Part shown: positions 26,532-39,335 of the stretch, in pieces
How positions within the stretch are numbered: position 1 is the stretch's first letter
How the letters are laid out: each line of letters begins with the position of its first letter
NCBI GenBank assembly: GCA_038087875.1
Contig: CM075993.1
Span: 2,916,001 to 2,980,000 of the forward strand
Length of the DNA stretch: 64,000 nt
Reading direction: 5' to 3'
Origin: Malacoraja senta
Taxonomy: Eukaryota
The notes under the pieces: model-generated
The model's database searches: none
What the model was told of the DNA's origin: nothing
Seen by the model: the letters and a program-made list of their open reading frames with translations, nothing else
Made by a program: the position numbers and the translations under genes

Positions 26532-27011
26532 CAAATCAGCAGGACAGGTAGCATCTCTGGAGAGAAGGAACGGGTGACCACATGCCAATTAACCTACAAA
26601 CCTGCACACATCTTGAGGGAATGATGTTTCAGACCTCAAGACATTTCAATCATTTTGACCGGCTTTGGTACTGTGGTCATCTTTTTACCGCGTTAAACCC
26701 AAAGTTAACTTGCAAAGTAAAACAAAAATAACTTCAAAGACGTACAGGTTAGGAGGTTAATTCAGTGGATGTTTTTAAGGCAGAGATAGACAAATCCTTG
26801 AGATGCACGGGTGTCAAGGGTTGTGGGGAGAAGGCAGGAAAATGGCATTATCCCCTTAAATCTTCTCTGTACTCTTTCCCACGCTTATTTGTGGGCAAGA
26901 AACAACAGCACCAATACCAATATCATCCCCCTTCCTCTTGTACTTAAAGGAATAAAGCTCGGCCTGAAATGGAGGATATCTCCCCTTAGATAAACACAAG
27001 AAGCTGGTGTA

Positions 27012-27549
27012 ACTCAGCGGGACAGGCAGTATCTCTGGAGAGAAGGAATGGGTCGATGCATTTCTAAGAAGGAGTAAGGAGGTCAGGCAGCATCTCTGGA
27101 GAACAAAGATAGGTGACATTTGAGGTCGGGACCCTTCCCCAGTCCGAAGGATCTCGACCCGAAACGTCACCCATTCCTTCTCTCCAGAGATGCTGCCTGT
27201 CCTGCTGAGTTACTCCAGCTATTTGTGTCTATCTTCGGTTTAAACCAGCATCTGCAGTTCCTTCCTACACAGGACTTATCTCCCTCTTTGCTCGGGGGTC
27301 TTTTGTAGCTTTGGATTGTTTTGCAAAGAAACCGTTCCAAATGAAAGCACTAGATGTTCACAGTCCACACACCCACCTCCTCCACAAAACATGCCTGTTG
27401 GCAGCTCCAGCCATTGCAAGCTGCTCTAGATACTGGATAAACAAAAAAGGACAAAAAGCTCGAGAATACTCAGCAGCTCAGGCAGCATCTGTGGAGACGG
27501 GCGTCTCAGGCCAAGGGGTGGTAGAAGCAAGATTGGTTTAGTTTAGAGA
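27012..27549 (+). repeat. Segment duplicated in inverted orientation at 57549-58091
   Basis: Shares the otherwise unique core (aggacttatctccctctttgctcggggg...gtagaagcaagattgg). Confidence 0.9.
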
Positions 27550-28268
27550 AACAGGCCCTTCGGCCCACCGGGTCTGCACCAACCAGCAACCCCCACACAC
27601 TAACACTATCCTACACACACTAGGGACAATTTACATTTACACCAAGTGAATTAACCTATAAATCTGTACGTCTTTGGAGTGTGGGAGGAAACCGAAGATG
27701 TCGGTGAAATCCCACGCAGTCACGGAGAGAACGTCCAATATTTGTACAGGCAGAACCCATAGTCGGGATCGAACCCGGCGCTGTAAGGCAGCAACTCTAC
27801 TGCTGTGCCACCATATGTCCCTTATACATTGGGTCTAAAAATGTTCTGCTTAGATAGTCTGTAGGTGGCACTGTGGTAGAGTTGCTGCCTTACAGTGCCA
27901 GAGACCCAGGTTCAATTTTGACCATGGGTGCTGCATGTACGTTCTCCCTGTGACCTGCGTGGGTCAACTCTGGAACATCCAGTTTCCTTGCACACACCAA
28001 AGACGTACAGGTTTCTGGGCTAATTGGCTTTGGTAAAGATTGTCAATTGTCCCCAGTGTGTGTAGGATTGTGTTAATGTGCAGGGATCGCTGGCCGGCAC
28101 GGACTCGGTGGGCCGAAGGGCCCGTTTCCACGCTCTATCTCTAAAGCTAAACACACAATCTGCACATTTTGGATCCAACAACGTTGACTTTTAAGTGATC
28201 ATTTATCAATGGCCAAAAACCTCTTCAGTACAGCTTGCCACTTCACATGCTGAAATACACGATACTAA

Positions 28269-28590
28269 AAGCCCTGTCCCACTGTACGAGCTAATTCAAG
28301 AGTCCTCCCGAGTTTGCCCCGATTCGAACACGGAGATTTACGGCAATGGCCGCTCGTCGGTACTCGGGGCTCTCGTGGACATTTTTCAACATGTTGAAAA
28401 ATCTTCACGAGTCTTCCCGAGGTTACCGCGTTTCCCGATTACCTGCTGTTAGTGTTACGAGCCGCTAAGAGATGTCCCCGAGCTCCGATGTACCCGCTAC
28501 GTACATTCTCCGTGCTTATCACGAGTTTGATGGGGGGGTTTTAAAACTCAGGAGAGCTCTTGAATGAACTCGTACATTGGGACAGGGCTT
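28269..28590. mobile_element. PIF/Harbinger-like MITE
   Basis: AAGCCCTGTCCCACTGTACGAG / CTCGTACATTGGGACAGGGCTT with TAA TSD. Confidence 0.8.
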
Positions 28591-29204
28591 TAAAGCATAT
28601 CGCAAGACTGGACATTCTGCTCAAAAAACAACAGTATCCAGGAACAAATCCCCTTTATAAATCAAGAAGTGCTTATATTTTAATTCCTGGCTCTGACCGA
28701 AATCCAGCTGTGTGCAAAACAGCTGGCATTGGACATTCCCAATCAAACCACAGGCAGACTTTAACGGAGAATGTGACCGCAGGATCATAGAGAAGAAATA
28801 TTAAAGTAACTAAAAAAAAATCAAAGGTTACATGGTGGAGTGGAGTCAGTGGTGGGAAGTCTGGCGTGTATTAAAGACCAGATCTAAATATTTCCCAGCA
28901 CATGGCCGATAATCTCAGTCATTTCAGTTCAGAGATACAGCGTGGAAACAGGCCCTTCGTCCCACCGATTACGCGCTGACCAGCGATCCCCGCACACTAA
29001 CACTATCCCACACACACTAGGGACATTTTACATTTATACCAAGCCAATTAACCTACAAACCTGTACGTCTTTGGAGTGTGGGAGGACACTGGAGAACCCG
29101 GAGTAAACCCACGCAGGTCACGGGGAGAACGTACAAACTCCGTACAGACAGCACCCGTAGTGAGGATCGGACCCGGGTCTCCGGGGCTGTGATGCAGCAA
29201 CTCT

Positions 29205-29530
29205 ACCGAGGTAGATAGTAGTTCAGCACTGCTCTCTGGTTGTGGTAGGATGGTTCAGTTGCCTGATAACAGCTGGGAAGAAACTGCCCCTGAATCTGGA
29301 GGTGTGCGTTTTCACACTTTCTGTACCTTTGGCCTGATGGGAGAGGGGAGAAGAGGGAGTGACCGGGGTGCGACTGGTCCTTGATTGTGCTGCTGGCCTT
29401 GCCGAGGCAGCGCGAGGTGTAGATGGAGTCAATTGAAGGGAGGTTGGTTCGGGCTGCGTCCACAATTCGCTGCGATTTTGTGCGGTCTTGGATGGAGTTG
29501 TTCCTAAACCAAGCCGTGATGCATCCTGAG
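29205..29530 (-). mobile_element. Rex1/Babar-like LINE 3' fragment
   Basis: TNLPSIDSIYTSRCLGKASSTIKDQSHPGHSLFSPLPSG. Confidence 0.75.
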
Positions 29531-30114
29531 GATCCATCATCAGGAGGATTGGCCCAATGGGTTTTTTATTTTATTTAAAAAAATATATATTTCCCCTCCC
29601 CAATGTATTTATTTATTTATTTATTTATTTAACTTGGCAATCTGTGCTAACTAACAGGTTAAAAGTTAAATTAATATTTGCGGAATATATTAATAATCGC
29701 TTAACTACCGAACGGGTGCCAACATGGATCGTGGCCACACAGACTGGAGAAGTCTCTGGTAGATTTGTTGGTCTGTGCATCGAACAGAACTCAAACTGGG
29801 ACCAGTTAACGGAGAATTGGCCTCAATGGCCCTGGGAAACAGAGAGGGTTCCCCACCCTCCACGTCCACATTGGATCGCCCTAGAATTAAAAAAGATGAA
29901 TTACCAGCGTAGAAACCCAAGAGACAAAGAAAAAGTTCGCATTTTCTTTGAGCAATTATTAGATTATTGGAGGCAGGGTTAAAAGATTGGCCGATTTGTT
30001 AAGTCAACATCTGATCCAACTGGTAGACAGAAATGCTGGAGAAACTCAGCGGGTGCGGCAGCATCTATGGAGCGAAGGAAATAGGCAACGTTTCGGGCCG
30101 AAACCCTTCTTCCC

Positions 30115-30240
30115 TCCACTCACTCGGTAACAACCCAGACTGGGTGATCAAACCCGCGGACAAGGGAGGTGCCGTGGTAGTCTGGCACGCTGATCTCTAC
30201 AAGGCTGAGGCCACGCGCCAACTCTCAGACACCTCCTCTT
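30115..30240 (+). mobile_element. Penelope-like RT N-terminal fragment
   Basis: LGNNPDWVIKPADKGGAVVVW contains the PLE 'DKG' motif. Confidence 0.75.
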
Positions 30241-31387
30241 GGTTCTTGGTTTCTTGGTCCTCCAAAATATTCCAAATGGAATTTAAACTGGAGGTGGTGG
30301 AGGGAGGACTTAAGCCAGAAAGGGTTCCTATTTGTCCTTGTACCATGACCCCACAGACGAGCACCAGGCCACTATCTCTAGCACCATCAAAGCAGTCTGA
30401 AGAAGGGTTTCGACCCGAAACGTCGCCCGTTTCTTTCACTCCAGAGATGCTGCCGCACCCGCTGTGTTTCTCCAGCATTTTTGTCTACCTTCGATTTTCC
30501 AGCATCTGCAGTTCCTTCTTAAACATCTTATCCAACTGGTCCATGTCCCACCAAACCTTCCCAATCCTCGTATCTGCCCAAGAATCATTGTCTAACTCAT
30601 TTTCACCTCGCCCACAGCTGACAATGGCCTGTTTCCTTCATCATTGTTGCTTTTTTGCTTAAGTTTCATTAATTTGTTCTATATCTCTCTCTCTCTCTCT
30701 ATCACCGTCTATATCTCTCGTTTCCCTATCCCCCGAACTTTCAGTGGCCGGTGTGGACAAGTTGGGCCAAAGGGCCTGTTTCCACACTGCATCACTCTAT
30801 TGATGAAGAGTCTCGACCCGAAACGTCACCCATTCCTTCTCTCCAGAGACGCTGCCTGTCCCGCTGAGTTACTCCAGCTTTTTGTATCAATCTTCAGTTT
30901 AAACCACCATCTGTAGTGCCTTCCTACACAAGAGTCTTGGGTGCTGTTATAATACCTGCCTCAACTACCTCCTCTGGCAGCTTGTTCCGTACACCCACCA
31001 CCCGATGCCTTCACACGTTCATAAGTGATAGGATCAGTGTTAGGCCATTCGGCCCATCAAGTCTGCTCCACCATTCAATCTCTCCCTCCTAACCCCATTC
31101 TCCTGCCTTCTCCCCATAACCCGACACCCGTACTAATCAAGAATCTATCTATCTCTGCCTTAAGAATAACCATCGACTTGGACTCCACAGCCGTCTGTGG
31201 CAATTAATCCCACAGATTCACCACCCGCTGGCTAATGAGAGGGTGAGTTGCTCTTCAGGTTCATATTAAATCTTGCCCCTCTCACTTTAAACACGCGTCC
31301 ACTGGTTTCACGCTTCCTTTACCCTGGGTAAAGGATTCTGTGCCTTCCCCCATCTAATCCCCTCATGAATCGATAAACCTTTACAAG

Positions 31388-31700
31388 GCAGTCACGGTGG
31401 CGCAGCGGTAGAGTTGCTGCCTCACAGCGCTGGAGACCCGGGTTCGATCCCGGCTACGGGTGCTGTCTGTATGGAGTTTGTACGTTTTCTCCCCGGGACC
31501 TGCGTGGGTTTTCTCCGAGATCTTTGGATTCCTCCCGCACTCCAAAGACGTGCAGGTTTGTAGGTTAATTGGCTTGGCGTAAATGTAAATATTGTCCCTA
31601 GTGGGTGTAGGATGGTGTTAGTGTGCGGGGATCGCTGGTCAGCGCGGACCCGGTGGGCCGGTGGGCCTGTTTCCGCGCTGCATCTCTAAACTAAATTAAA
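31388..31700 (+). mobile_element. Full-length tRNA-derived V-SINE (HE1-like)
   Basis: A/B boxes, central domain and CR1-like tail ending ctaaactaaa; flanked by ttacaag on both sides. Confidence 0.85.
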
Positions 31701-31886
31701 CTTACAAGCAACACAGGGACCTTTGTTTGATATATCTTCAAATGACATTACCACTGTTGGCACAGCCTCACAGGGGACATCAGATTAGAATCAGTTGTGT
31801 AGGAAGGAACTGCAGATGCAGCTTTAAACCGAAGACAGACACAAAATGCTGGAGTAACTCAGCAGGACAGGAAGTAAGTCAGCAGG

Positions 31887-32164
31887 TCTGAAGAAGGGTT
31901 TCGGCCTATTTCCTTCGCTCCATAGATGCTGCTGCACCCGCTGAGTTTCTCCAGCATTTTTGTGTACCTGCTGGAGAAACTCAGCGGGTGCAGCAGCATC
32001 TATGGAGCGAAGGAAATAGGCAACGTTTCGGGCCGAAACCCTGAAGGAAATAGGCAACGTTTCGGGACGAAACCCGGAAGGGTTTCGGGCAGAAACGTTG
32101 CCTATTTCCTTCGCTCCACAGACGCTGCTGCACCCGCTGAGTTACTCCAGCATTTTTGTGTACC
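31887..32164. mobile_element. Compound Penelope-derived fold-back element (first central orientation)
   Basis: A direct module followed by an inverted pair; caggacaggaag is duplicated on the flanks. Confidence 0.7.
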
Positions 32165-33470
32165 CAGGACAGGAAGCATTACTGGTTAGAAGATATGGGA
32201 GATGTTTCGGGTCGAGACCCCTCTTCAGATGGGGAGGGGAACATACAGAGATAAGGAAGTGCAAGGTGTAAAAACGAGGGGGGGTGGAGGTAAAGGAAAA
32301 TGTATTAGATCATGGTGAAGGTAGACAAAAATGCTGGAGAAACTCAGCGGGTGAGGCATCATCTATGGAGTAGGCGATCTTTCCCGGGTCGAGACCCTTC
32401 TTCAGACTCGAACAAAAACATTGCCTGCTCCCTTTCTCCTTAGCCGCTCCCTCACCCGCTGAGTTTCTCCAACATTTTTTTTCTACTTTCGATTTTTCCA
32501 GCATCTGCAGTTCCAATAGACAACAGACAGCAGGCGCAGGAGTAGGCCATTCGGCCCTTTTAGCCAGCACCGCCATTCAATGTGATCATGGCTGATGATC
32601 CTTCTTAAACATTGAGAGCTTGGACATCAGATTAGGTTTGTTCCTTGGATTTCAAGCCAGCGTTGTCCCAGTTCAAAAAAAGGCAAGAGCTACACTTATT
32701 AAAACCCAAGGGGGCAGGGAGAAAAATGAACCAAATCTGTTAGCTTTGGGGGGGGTTTTCTCAACTCTGAAATCTGCTTCTCACAGTGCAGCAGAACACG
32801 CACAACACACAGCTCGAGAAGGACAGGCGAGTGCTATTTGTTAAACTCACGGCCGCCCCACTCTTGTGCTGGGGATGACGTGTCTGCAGATGAATCCAGG
32901 GCCCCGACAGAAACCCAAAACAGGCTCGATGAAGGAACCCTCGTGCTGCGTTCGTCTCCATGGTAAAAATAGTCACACAGACACCCTGGAGCTATTTGTT
33001 GATGGAGCGAGCTGATAGCAACGATTCGAGTCCCTGGGGGGGATGAGAGGACAACATGCAGAGCAAGCGGCTGAAAGAAACAAAGGTAGCCGCCAATAGT
33101 CACAATAAAGTAAGCCATGGCAGGGATAAAGGGAAGAAGAACTGGATGAAATATTTTGCGCGACAGGATTTTAGAGGAAATGATCACGTTTCTTTCATTT
33201 ATCCATCGGACTGCAGGCGGCACAGTGGCGCAGCGGTAGAGTTGCTGCCTCACAGCGCCAGGGACCCGGGTTCGATCCCGACCACGGGTGCTGTCTGTAC
33301 GGAGTTTGTACGTTCTCCCCATGACTGCCATGGGTTTTTATCCGGGTGCCCCGGTTTCCTCCCACAGCCCAAAGACGTACAGGTTTAGAGGTTAATGGTC
33401 GATGTGTCTGTGTCTGTGTCCGTGTGATAGCGTTAGCGCGTGTCAGTGTGTGTTAGCGTTAGCGTGTCAA

Positions 33471-33473
<3 letters not shown>

Positions 33474-33535
<62 letters not shown>

Positions 33536-33950
33536 AATAGACAATAGGTGCAGGAGCAGGCCATTCGGCCCTTCGAGCCAGCACCGCCATTCAATGTGAT
33601 CATGGCTGATCATCCCCAATCAGTACCCCGTTCCTGCCTTCTCCCCATATCCCCTGACCCCGCTATTTTTAGTGTGCGTGATAGCGCGTCTGTGTGTGTG
33701 TGTGTGTGTGTGATAGCGCGTCTGTGTGTGTCTGTGTCTGTGTGATAGCGCGTCTGTGTCTGTGTCTGTGTGTGTCTGTGTCTGTGTGATAGCGCGTCTG
33801 TGTCTGTGTGTGTCTGTGTCTGTGTGATAGCGCGTCTGTGTCTGTGTCTGTGTGTGTCTGTGTCTGTGTCTGTGTGATAGCGCGTCTGCGTCTGCGTCTG
33901 TGTGTCTGTGTGTGTGTGTGCGCGTGTGTGTGCGTTTGCGTGTAATAGCG
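33474..33950. repeat. (TG)n and (GATAGCGCGTCTGTGT...)n minisatellite, interrupted by a CR1 tail
   Basis: Direct reading. Confidence 0.9.
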
Positions 33951-34559
33951 TTCGTGTGCGGGGATCGCTGGTCACCACGGACTCAGTGGGCCCGTTTCCA
34001 CGCTGTATCTCCAAACTAAAACAACTCTCGACTTGGCCACTTAACACGTCATTTATCTTACCTCAACGGCAAGTTTCCACATCCAACAAGTGGTCAAATA
34101 TTTATCAAAGCAAAATTAAATATTATGGCCCGCAAACTAATCTATTGATTTCTTGTTTGGTTTTATATGGATGCTGACCTCCAGAGCTTAACAAAGTGAA
34201 AATAAATATTTAATTATCCCCCTAAATAAAAATCAATATTCCGCAGTTCGCTAAATAAATTGGTCCCATAAATTCTCAAAATGTGACTGCAACAATTGGA
34301 TTCTCCAAAGAGAGTCAACTCTCACTCACTGGAGATGGGAAAGGAGGTGACAATATAACAAAAGAGGCAACATTTATCGTGAGTTTCTCAAGTCGATAGT
34401 TTCCAATTATTTGTCCCAGCAATATCTTTATCATCTTCTGAATTTTTTTTTCTTTCGGGCAAGTCCCCTTGGTATGGACGGCAATTCTGGAGACTCCAGA
34501 AGTAGCTGAAGATCCCAATGTCAGACAGGATGGGGCAGGTTGCATTTGTTGTGGGCAGT

Positions 34560-35725
34560 TGTGACGACACCACCATTGTGGGCTGGATACCAAACAATGA
34601 GACCGAGTACAGGAAAGAGATCGAGAACCTCGGGACCTGGTGTCGAGACAACAACCCTACTCTCAAAGGTAGACATAAATGCTGGAGAAACTCAGCGGGT
34701 GAGGCAGCATCTATGGAGCGAAGGAATAGGTGACGTTTCGGGTAGAGACCCTTCTTCAGACTGATGTGGGGGCGGGAAGAAGAAAGGAAGAGGCGGAGAC
34801 AGTGGGCTGTGGGAGAGCTGGGAAGGGGAGGGGAAAGAGGGAGAAAGCAAGGACTACCTGAAATTGGAGAAGTCAATGTTCATACCGCTGGGGTGTAAAC
34901 TACCCAAGCAAAATGAGGTGCTGCTCCTCCAATTTACAGTGGGACTCACTCTGGCCATGGAGGAGGCCCAGGACAGAAAGGTCGAATTCGGAATGGGAAC
35001 TAGACTAGTCTGAAGATGGGTCTCAACCCGAAAAGTCACCTATTCCTTCGCTCCATAGATGCTGCCTCACCCGCTGAGTTTCTCCAGCATTTTTGTCTAC
35101 CTTCGATTATTCCAGCATCTGCAGTTCTTTCTTAAACCCTTCTCTCAATGTCAGCAAGACAAAGGAGGCCGCGATCGACTTCAGGAAGCCAAACGGTACA
35201 CATACTACAGTTTGCATTGACGGCGTTGAAAACTCCAAATTCCCAGGAGCCAATGTCACCAACAACCTTTCCTGGAACATTCATATTGAAGTAACGAACA
35301 AGAATGCACACCAACGCCTCTACTTCCTTAGGAGGCTTAGGAAGTTTGGCATGTCAATGACAACTCTCACCAACTTCTACAGATGCTCCATAGAAAGCAT
35401 TTTATCAGGATGCATCCCAGCTTGGTTTGGGAACAGCTCCATCCAAGACGGCGAGAAATTGCAGCGAATTGTGTTCGCAGCCCAGACCATCGCACAAACC
35501 AACCTCCCTTCTACTGACTCCATTTATACCTCACGCTGCCTCGGCAAGGCCAGCAGCATAATCAAGGACCAGTCGCACCCTGGCCACTCCCTCTTCTCCC
35601 ATCGGGCAAAAGCTATAGGTGTGAAAACGCACACCTCCAGATTCAGGAACAGTTTCTTCCCAGTTTCTTCCCATCAGGCAATGCCATCATCCTACCACAA
35701 CCAGAGAGCAGTACTGAACTACCAC
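34560..35725 (+). mobile_element. Rex1/Babar-like LINE RT fragment interrupted by a Penelope piece (34667-35135)
   Basis: DDTTIVGWIPNNETEYRKEIENLGTWCRDNN...SLNVSKTKE..IDFRK...QRLYFLRRLRKFG...FYRCSIESILSGCIPAWFG; aaccct(a/t)ctctcaa is repeated at the insertion borders. Confidence 0.85.
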
Positions 35726-36429
35726 TGAAGAACGCACAAACTCCACACAGATCGCACCCCGAGTCAGGATCGAACCAGGGACTCTGGCGCTGCAAGGCAG
35801 CAACTCTACCGCTGTGCCACCATGCGTTGGCGAGGAAGATACACTTTCTCTCTCCCCTCCCCCCCCAAATATCTTTCACTGTTCAACTACTTTCAACAAC
35901 TACTACTAGTGGGGTTACACGAGTGAGAGGGGGGGGGAGGGAATCTACAAGGAACCAGAATGGATTCGATTGGGGAAAGAATTCTCCACAAGTTTCAATC
36001 TTAATATTGCAGGGGGAAGTTTCACTCCAAGCGCTTACTTTTATTTTATTTTATTTTTTTAAAGTCTGCGATTCAGCTAGGCCACAAAATGAAAAAGCAA
36101 TAAAATTTTATTAAAACTCGTTTTTGCAGTTCAATTCTCAAGCCTGTCAAATCATTCATTATTCATTGGATTTACAAGGTTTAAAAAAAAATCAACACCA
36201 GTACTAACTGCGTTCAAGGTGAACGTTTAATGGTCTGGAAAGTCTACTAAAATGTCTACAGTATAAAGTCCAATGGTATGGACAGGTATCGTTAGTTCAG
36301 TCCTCCACATTGGGTAGTTCAGACACTCTATTAAAGCCCGTCTCTGTTACTGATCCTCTGAACACTTCGCATTGCACGGCTAGCAGGAATACAAGCCGAA
36401 GATACACAAAAAAGCTGGAGTGACTCATG

Positions 36430-36725
36430 CACCCACTCCAACCTCATCGACTGTATCCGCTGTTCCAGGTGTCAACTCCTCTACATCGGCGAGACCAAGC
36501 GCAGGCTTGGCGATCATTTCGCTGAACACCTCCGCTCAGTCCGCCTAAACCTACCTGATCTCCCGGTGGCTCACCACTTCAACTCCCCCTCCCATTCCCA
36601 ATCTGACCTGGGCCTCCTCCATTGTCAGAGTGAGGCCCAGTGCAAATTGGAGGAACAGCACCTCTATTTCACTTGAGCAGCTTACACCCCAGCGGTATGA
36701 ACATTGACTTCTCTAACTTCAAGTA
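36430..36725 (+). mobile_element. Degenerate Penelope GIY-YIG fragment
   Basis: Homologous to 14100-14412 (SNLIDCIRCSRCQLLYIGETKRRLGDHFAEHLRSV). Confidence 0.85.
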
Positions 36726-36780
36726 GCCCTTGCTTTCCCTCTCTCTCCATACCCTCCCCCTACCCAGTTCTCCCACCCAG

Positions 36781-37071
36781 TCTGAAGAAGGGTTTCGGCC
36801 CGAAACGTTGCCTATTTCCTTCGCTCCATAGATGCTGCTGCACCCGCTGAGTTTCTCCAGCATTTTTGTGTACCTGCTGGAGAAACTCAGCGGGTGCAGC
36901 AGCATCTATGGAGCGAAGGAAATAGGCAACATTTCGGCCCGAAACCCTTCCGGGTTTCGTCCCGAAACGTTGCCTATTTCCTTCAGGTTTCGGCCCGAAA
37001 CGTTGCCTATTTCCTTCGCTCCATAGATGCTGCTGCACCCGCTGAGTTTCTCCAGCATTTTTGTGTACCTT
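36781..37071. mobile_element. Compound Penelope-derived fold-back element (inverted central orientation)
   Basis: Same outer architecture as 31887-32164; cagttctcccacc(c)agtct is duplicated on the flanks. Confidence 0.7.
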
Positions 37072-38814
37072 CAGTTCTCCCACCAGTCTTACTGTCTCCG
37101 ACTACATTCTATCTCTGTACCACCCACTCCCTTGATATCAGTTTGAAGAAGGGTCTCGTCCTGAAACATCACCCATTCCTTCCCTCTAGAGATGCTGCCT
37201 GCCCTGCTGAGTTACTCCAGTTTGTGTCTATCTTCGGTTTAAACCAGCATCTGCAGTTCCTTCCTACACAAGAATACAAGTCGAATGGTCAGGCTTTCAG
37301 GAAGCATTGGTCCCACACACATATCTCACCCTCTCTATCGCCACATATTATCAACATAAGCTGATCCATAAATCACTTATTCTTATTTATGCTAAAACCA
37401 TTACGATCTGGCTTCTGCTAATCATTGAATTTGATGCAGTTACAGCAGTTTAGTGCCACTCACAAGATCAGTCCTTGGCATAAAACATTGCGTTAGAGTC
37501 GTCGCCATTCTATTAGTCTAAGCTGCATCCAGCTCGAGTCGCATTGGTACAGGGTGGGGAGGTTTGCTGCAAGCCGTTTCATCCGGTGTCGTGGTTTACA
37601 ACTTTAAACATGCATCCAAGATAAAAGTCCACAAAGCAGACCAAGTATCTCCTCTCTGGAGCAGTGACAGAGATTCTCTCATCATTCTTTGAGGTATTGA
37701 ATCCCTTGATTCCATTAGCCCCAAGAGCTAAATCTAACTCTTGAAAGCATCCAGTGAATTGGCCTCCGCTGCCTTGTGGCTGAGAATTCCACAGATTTAC
37801 AAATCTCTGGGTGAAAAAGTTCTTCCTCATCCAACACCTAAATGGCCGACCCCTCATTCTTAACCCGTGACCCCTGGTTCTGGACTGCCCCAACATGGGG
37901 AACATTCTTCCTGCATCTCGCCTGTCCAATCCTGTGAGAATTTAATATGTTTCTACAAGATCCCCCCCCTCATCCTTCGAAATTCCAGTCAATACAAGGC
38001 CAGTCGACACAGTCTTTCATCATATGTCAGTCCCGCCATCCCGGGAACTAATCTGCTGAGTTACTCCAGCATTGTGTGTCTACCTTCGATTTAAACCAGC
38101 ATCTGCAGTTCTTTCTTACACAATCAAACCACTGGATCTGCAAGGACTCTGATACAATTAATAACACTTATACATGTCATATACTGCAAAAGGTCACAGC
38201 AGTAGACGTTGTATTAAACTATAAGCGAGGCTGCATGAATACTGATGAACTTTGAAACTTCTAAAAAAGTTTTAAATGTGCAGTTTTACAAACAAAAGGG
38301 GGCGCAAGCCTCCACGTGGCGCATCCCGGGCAAAGCTGATGACAGAAACTGTACCACAGTGTCTGACTGAAGTAGCCAATTCTGCAACCACCGACCGTCA
38401 ACCGTCACTGACCGACCGGAAAGACGTGATATAGAAGATGGCCGGACACGAGGAAGAAGACAAACAAAAGGAGGGAAAATATGGAGGTAGCATCTCCTCA
38501 CCCGGACCGAGAGGATGTCATGCCCAGATTTACAAAGGACAGCATGCTTCTATTGCCTGTGGATTTTAGATGAGGTAGACAAAAGGGATGGTAGACGAAA
38601 ATGCTGGAGAAACTCCGCGGGTGAGGCAGCATCTGTGGAGCGAAGGAAATGGGTAACGTTTCAGGCAGAAACCCTTCTACAAAGAGAGCAAAGGGATCCT
38701 AGGATCGTTCTTGTAAACCTCTCTGGATCCTCTCCAGAACCAGCATATCCTTCCTCAAATATGGGGCCCCAAATTGCTCACAAAACTCCAAATGCAGCCT
38801 GACCAACAGCTTAT

Positions 38815-39335
38815 AGAAACATAGATACATAGAAAATAGGTGCAGGAGTAGGCCATTCGGCCCTTCGAGCCTGCACCGCCATTTGATATGATCATGGCTG
38901 ATCATCCAACTCAGTATCCCATCCCTGCCTTCTCTCCATACCCCCTGATCCCTTTAGCCACAAGGGCCACATCTAACTCCCTCTTAAATATAGCCAATGA
39001 ACTGGCCTCAACTACCTTCTGTGGCAGAGAATTCCACAGATTCACCACTCTCTGTGTAAAAAATGATTTTCTCATCTCAGTCCTAAAAGACTTCCCCCTT
39101 ATCCTTAAGCTGTGACCCCTTGTCCTGGACTTCCCCAACATCGGGAACAATCTTCCTGCATCTAGCCTGTCCAACCCCTTAAGAATTTTGTAAGTTTCCA
39201 TAAGATCCCCCCTCAATCTTCTAAATTCTAGCGAGTACAAGCCGAGTCTATCCAGTCTTTCCTCATATGAAAGTCCTGCCATTCCAGGAATCAGTCTGGT
39301 GAACCTTCTCTGTACTCCCTCTATGGCAAGAATGT
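38815..39335 (-). mobile_element. CR1 LINE 3' fragment (young subfamily)
   Basis: ORF 38911-39282 is the CR1 RT C-terminus. Confidence 0.9.

Noticed and set aside
29557..29982. 141-aa Trp-rich ORF
   Set aside because: No recognisable domain or splice support, and antisense to the host intron.
31388..31455. tRNA genes (A/B boxes, many copies)
   Set aside because: These are SINE heads that continue into SINE body and tail.
38336..38356. CTGATGAcaGAAAC hammerhead-like string
   Set aside because: No stem II can form between the core boxes.
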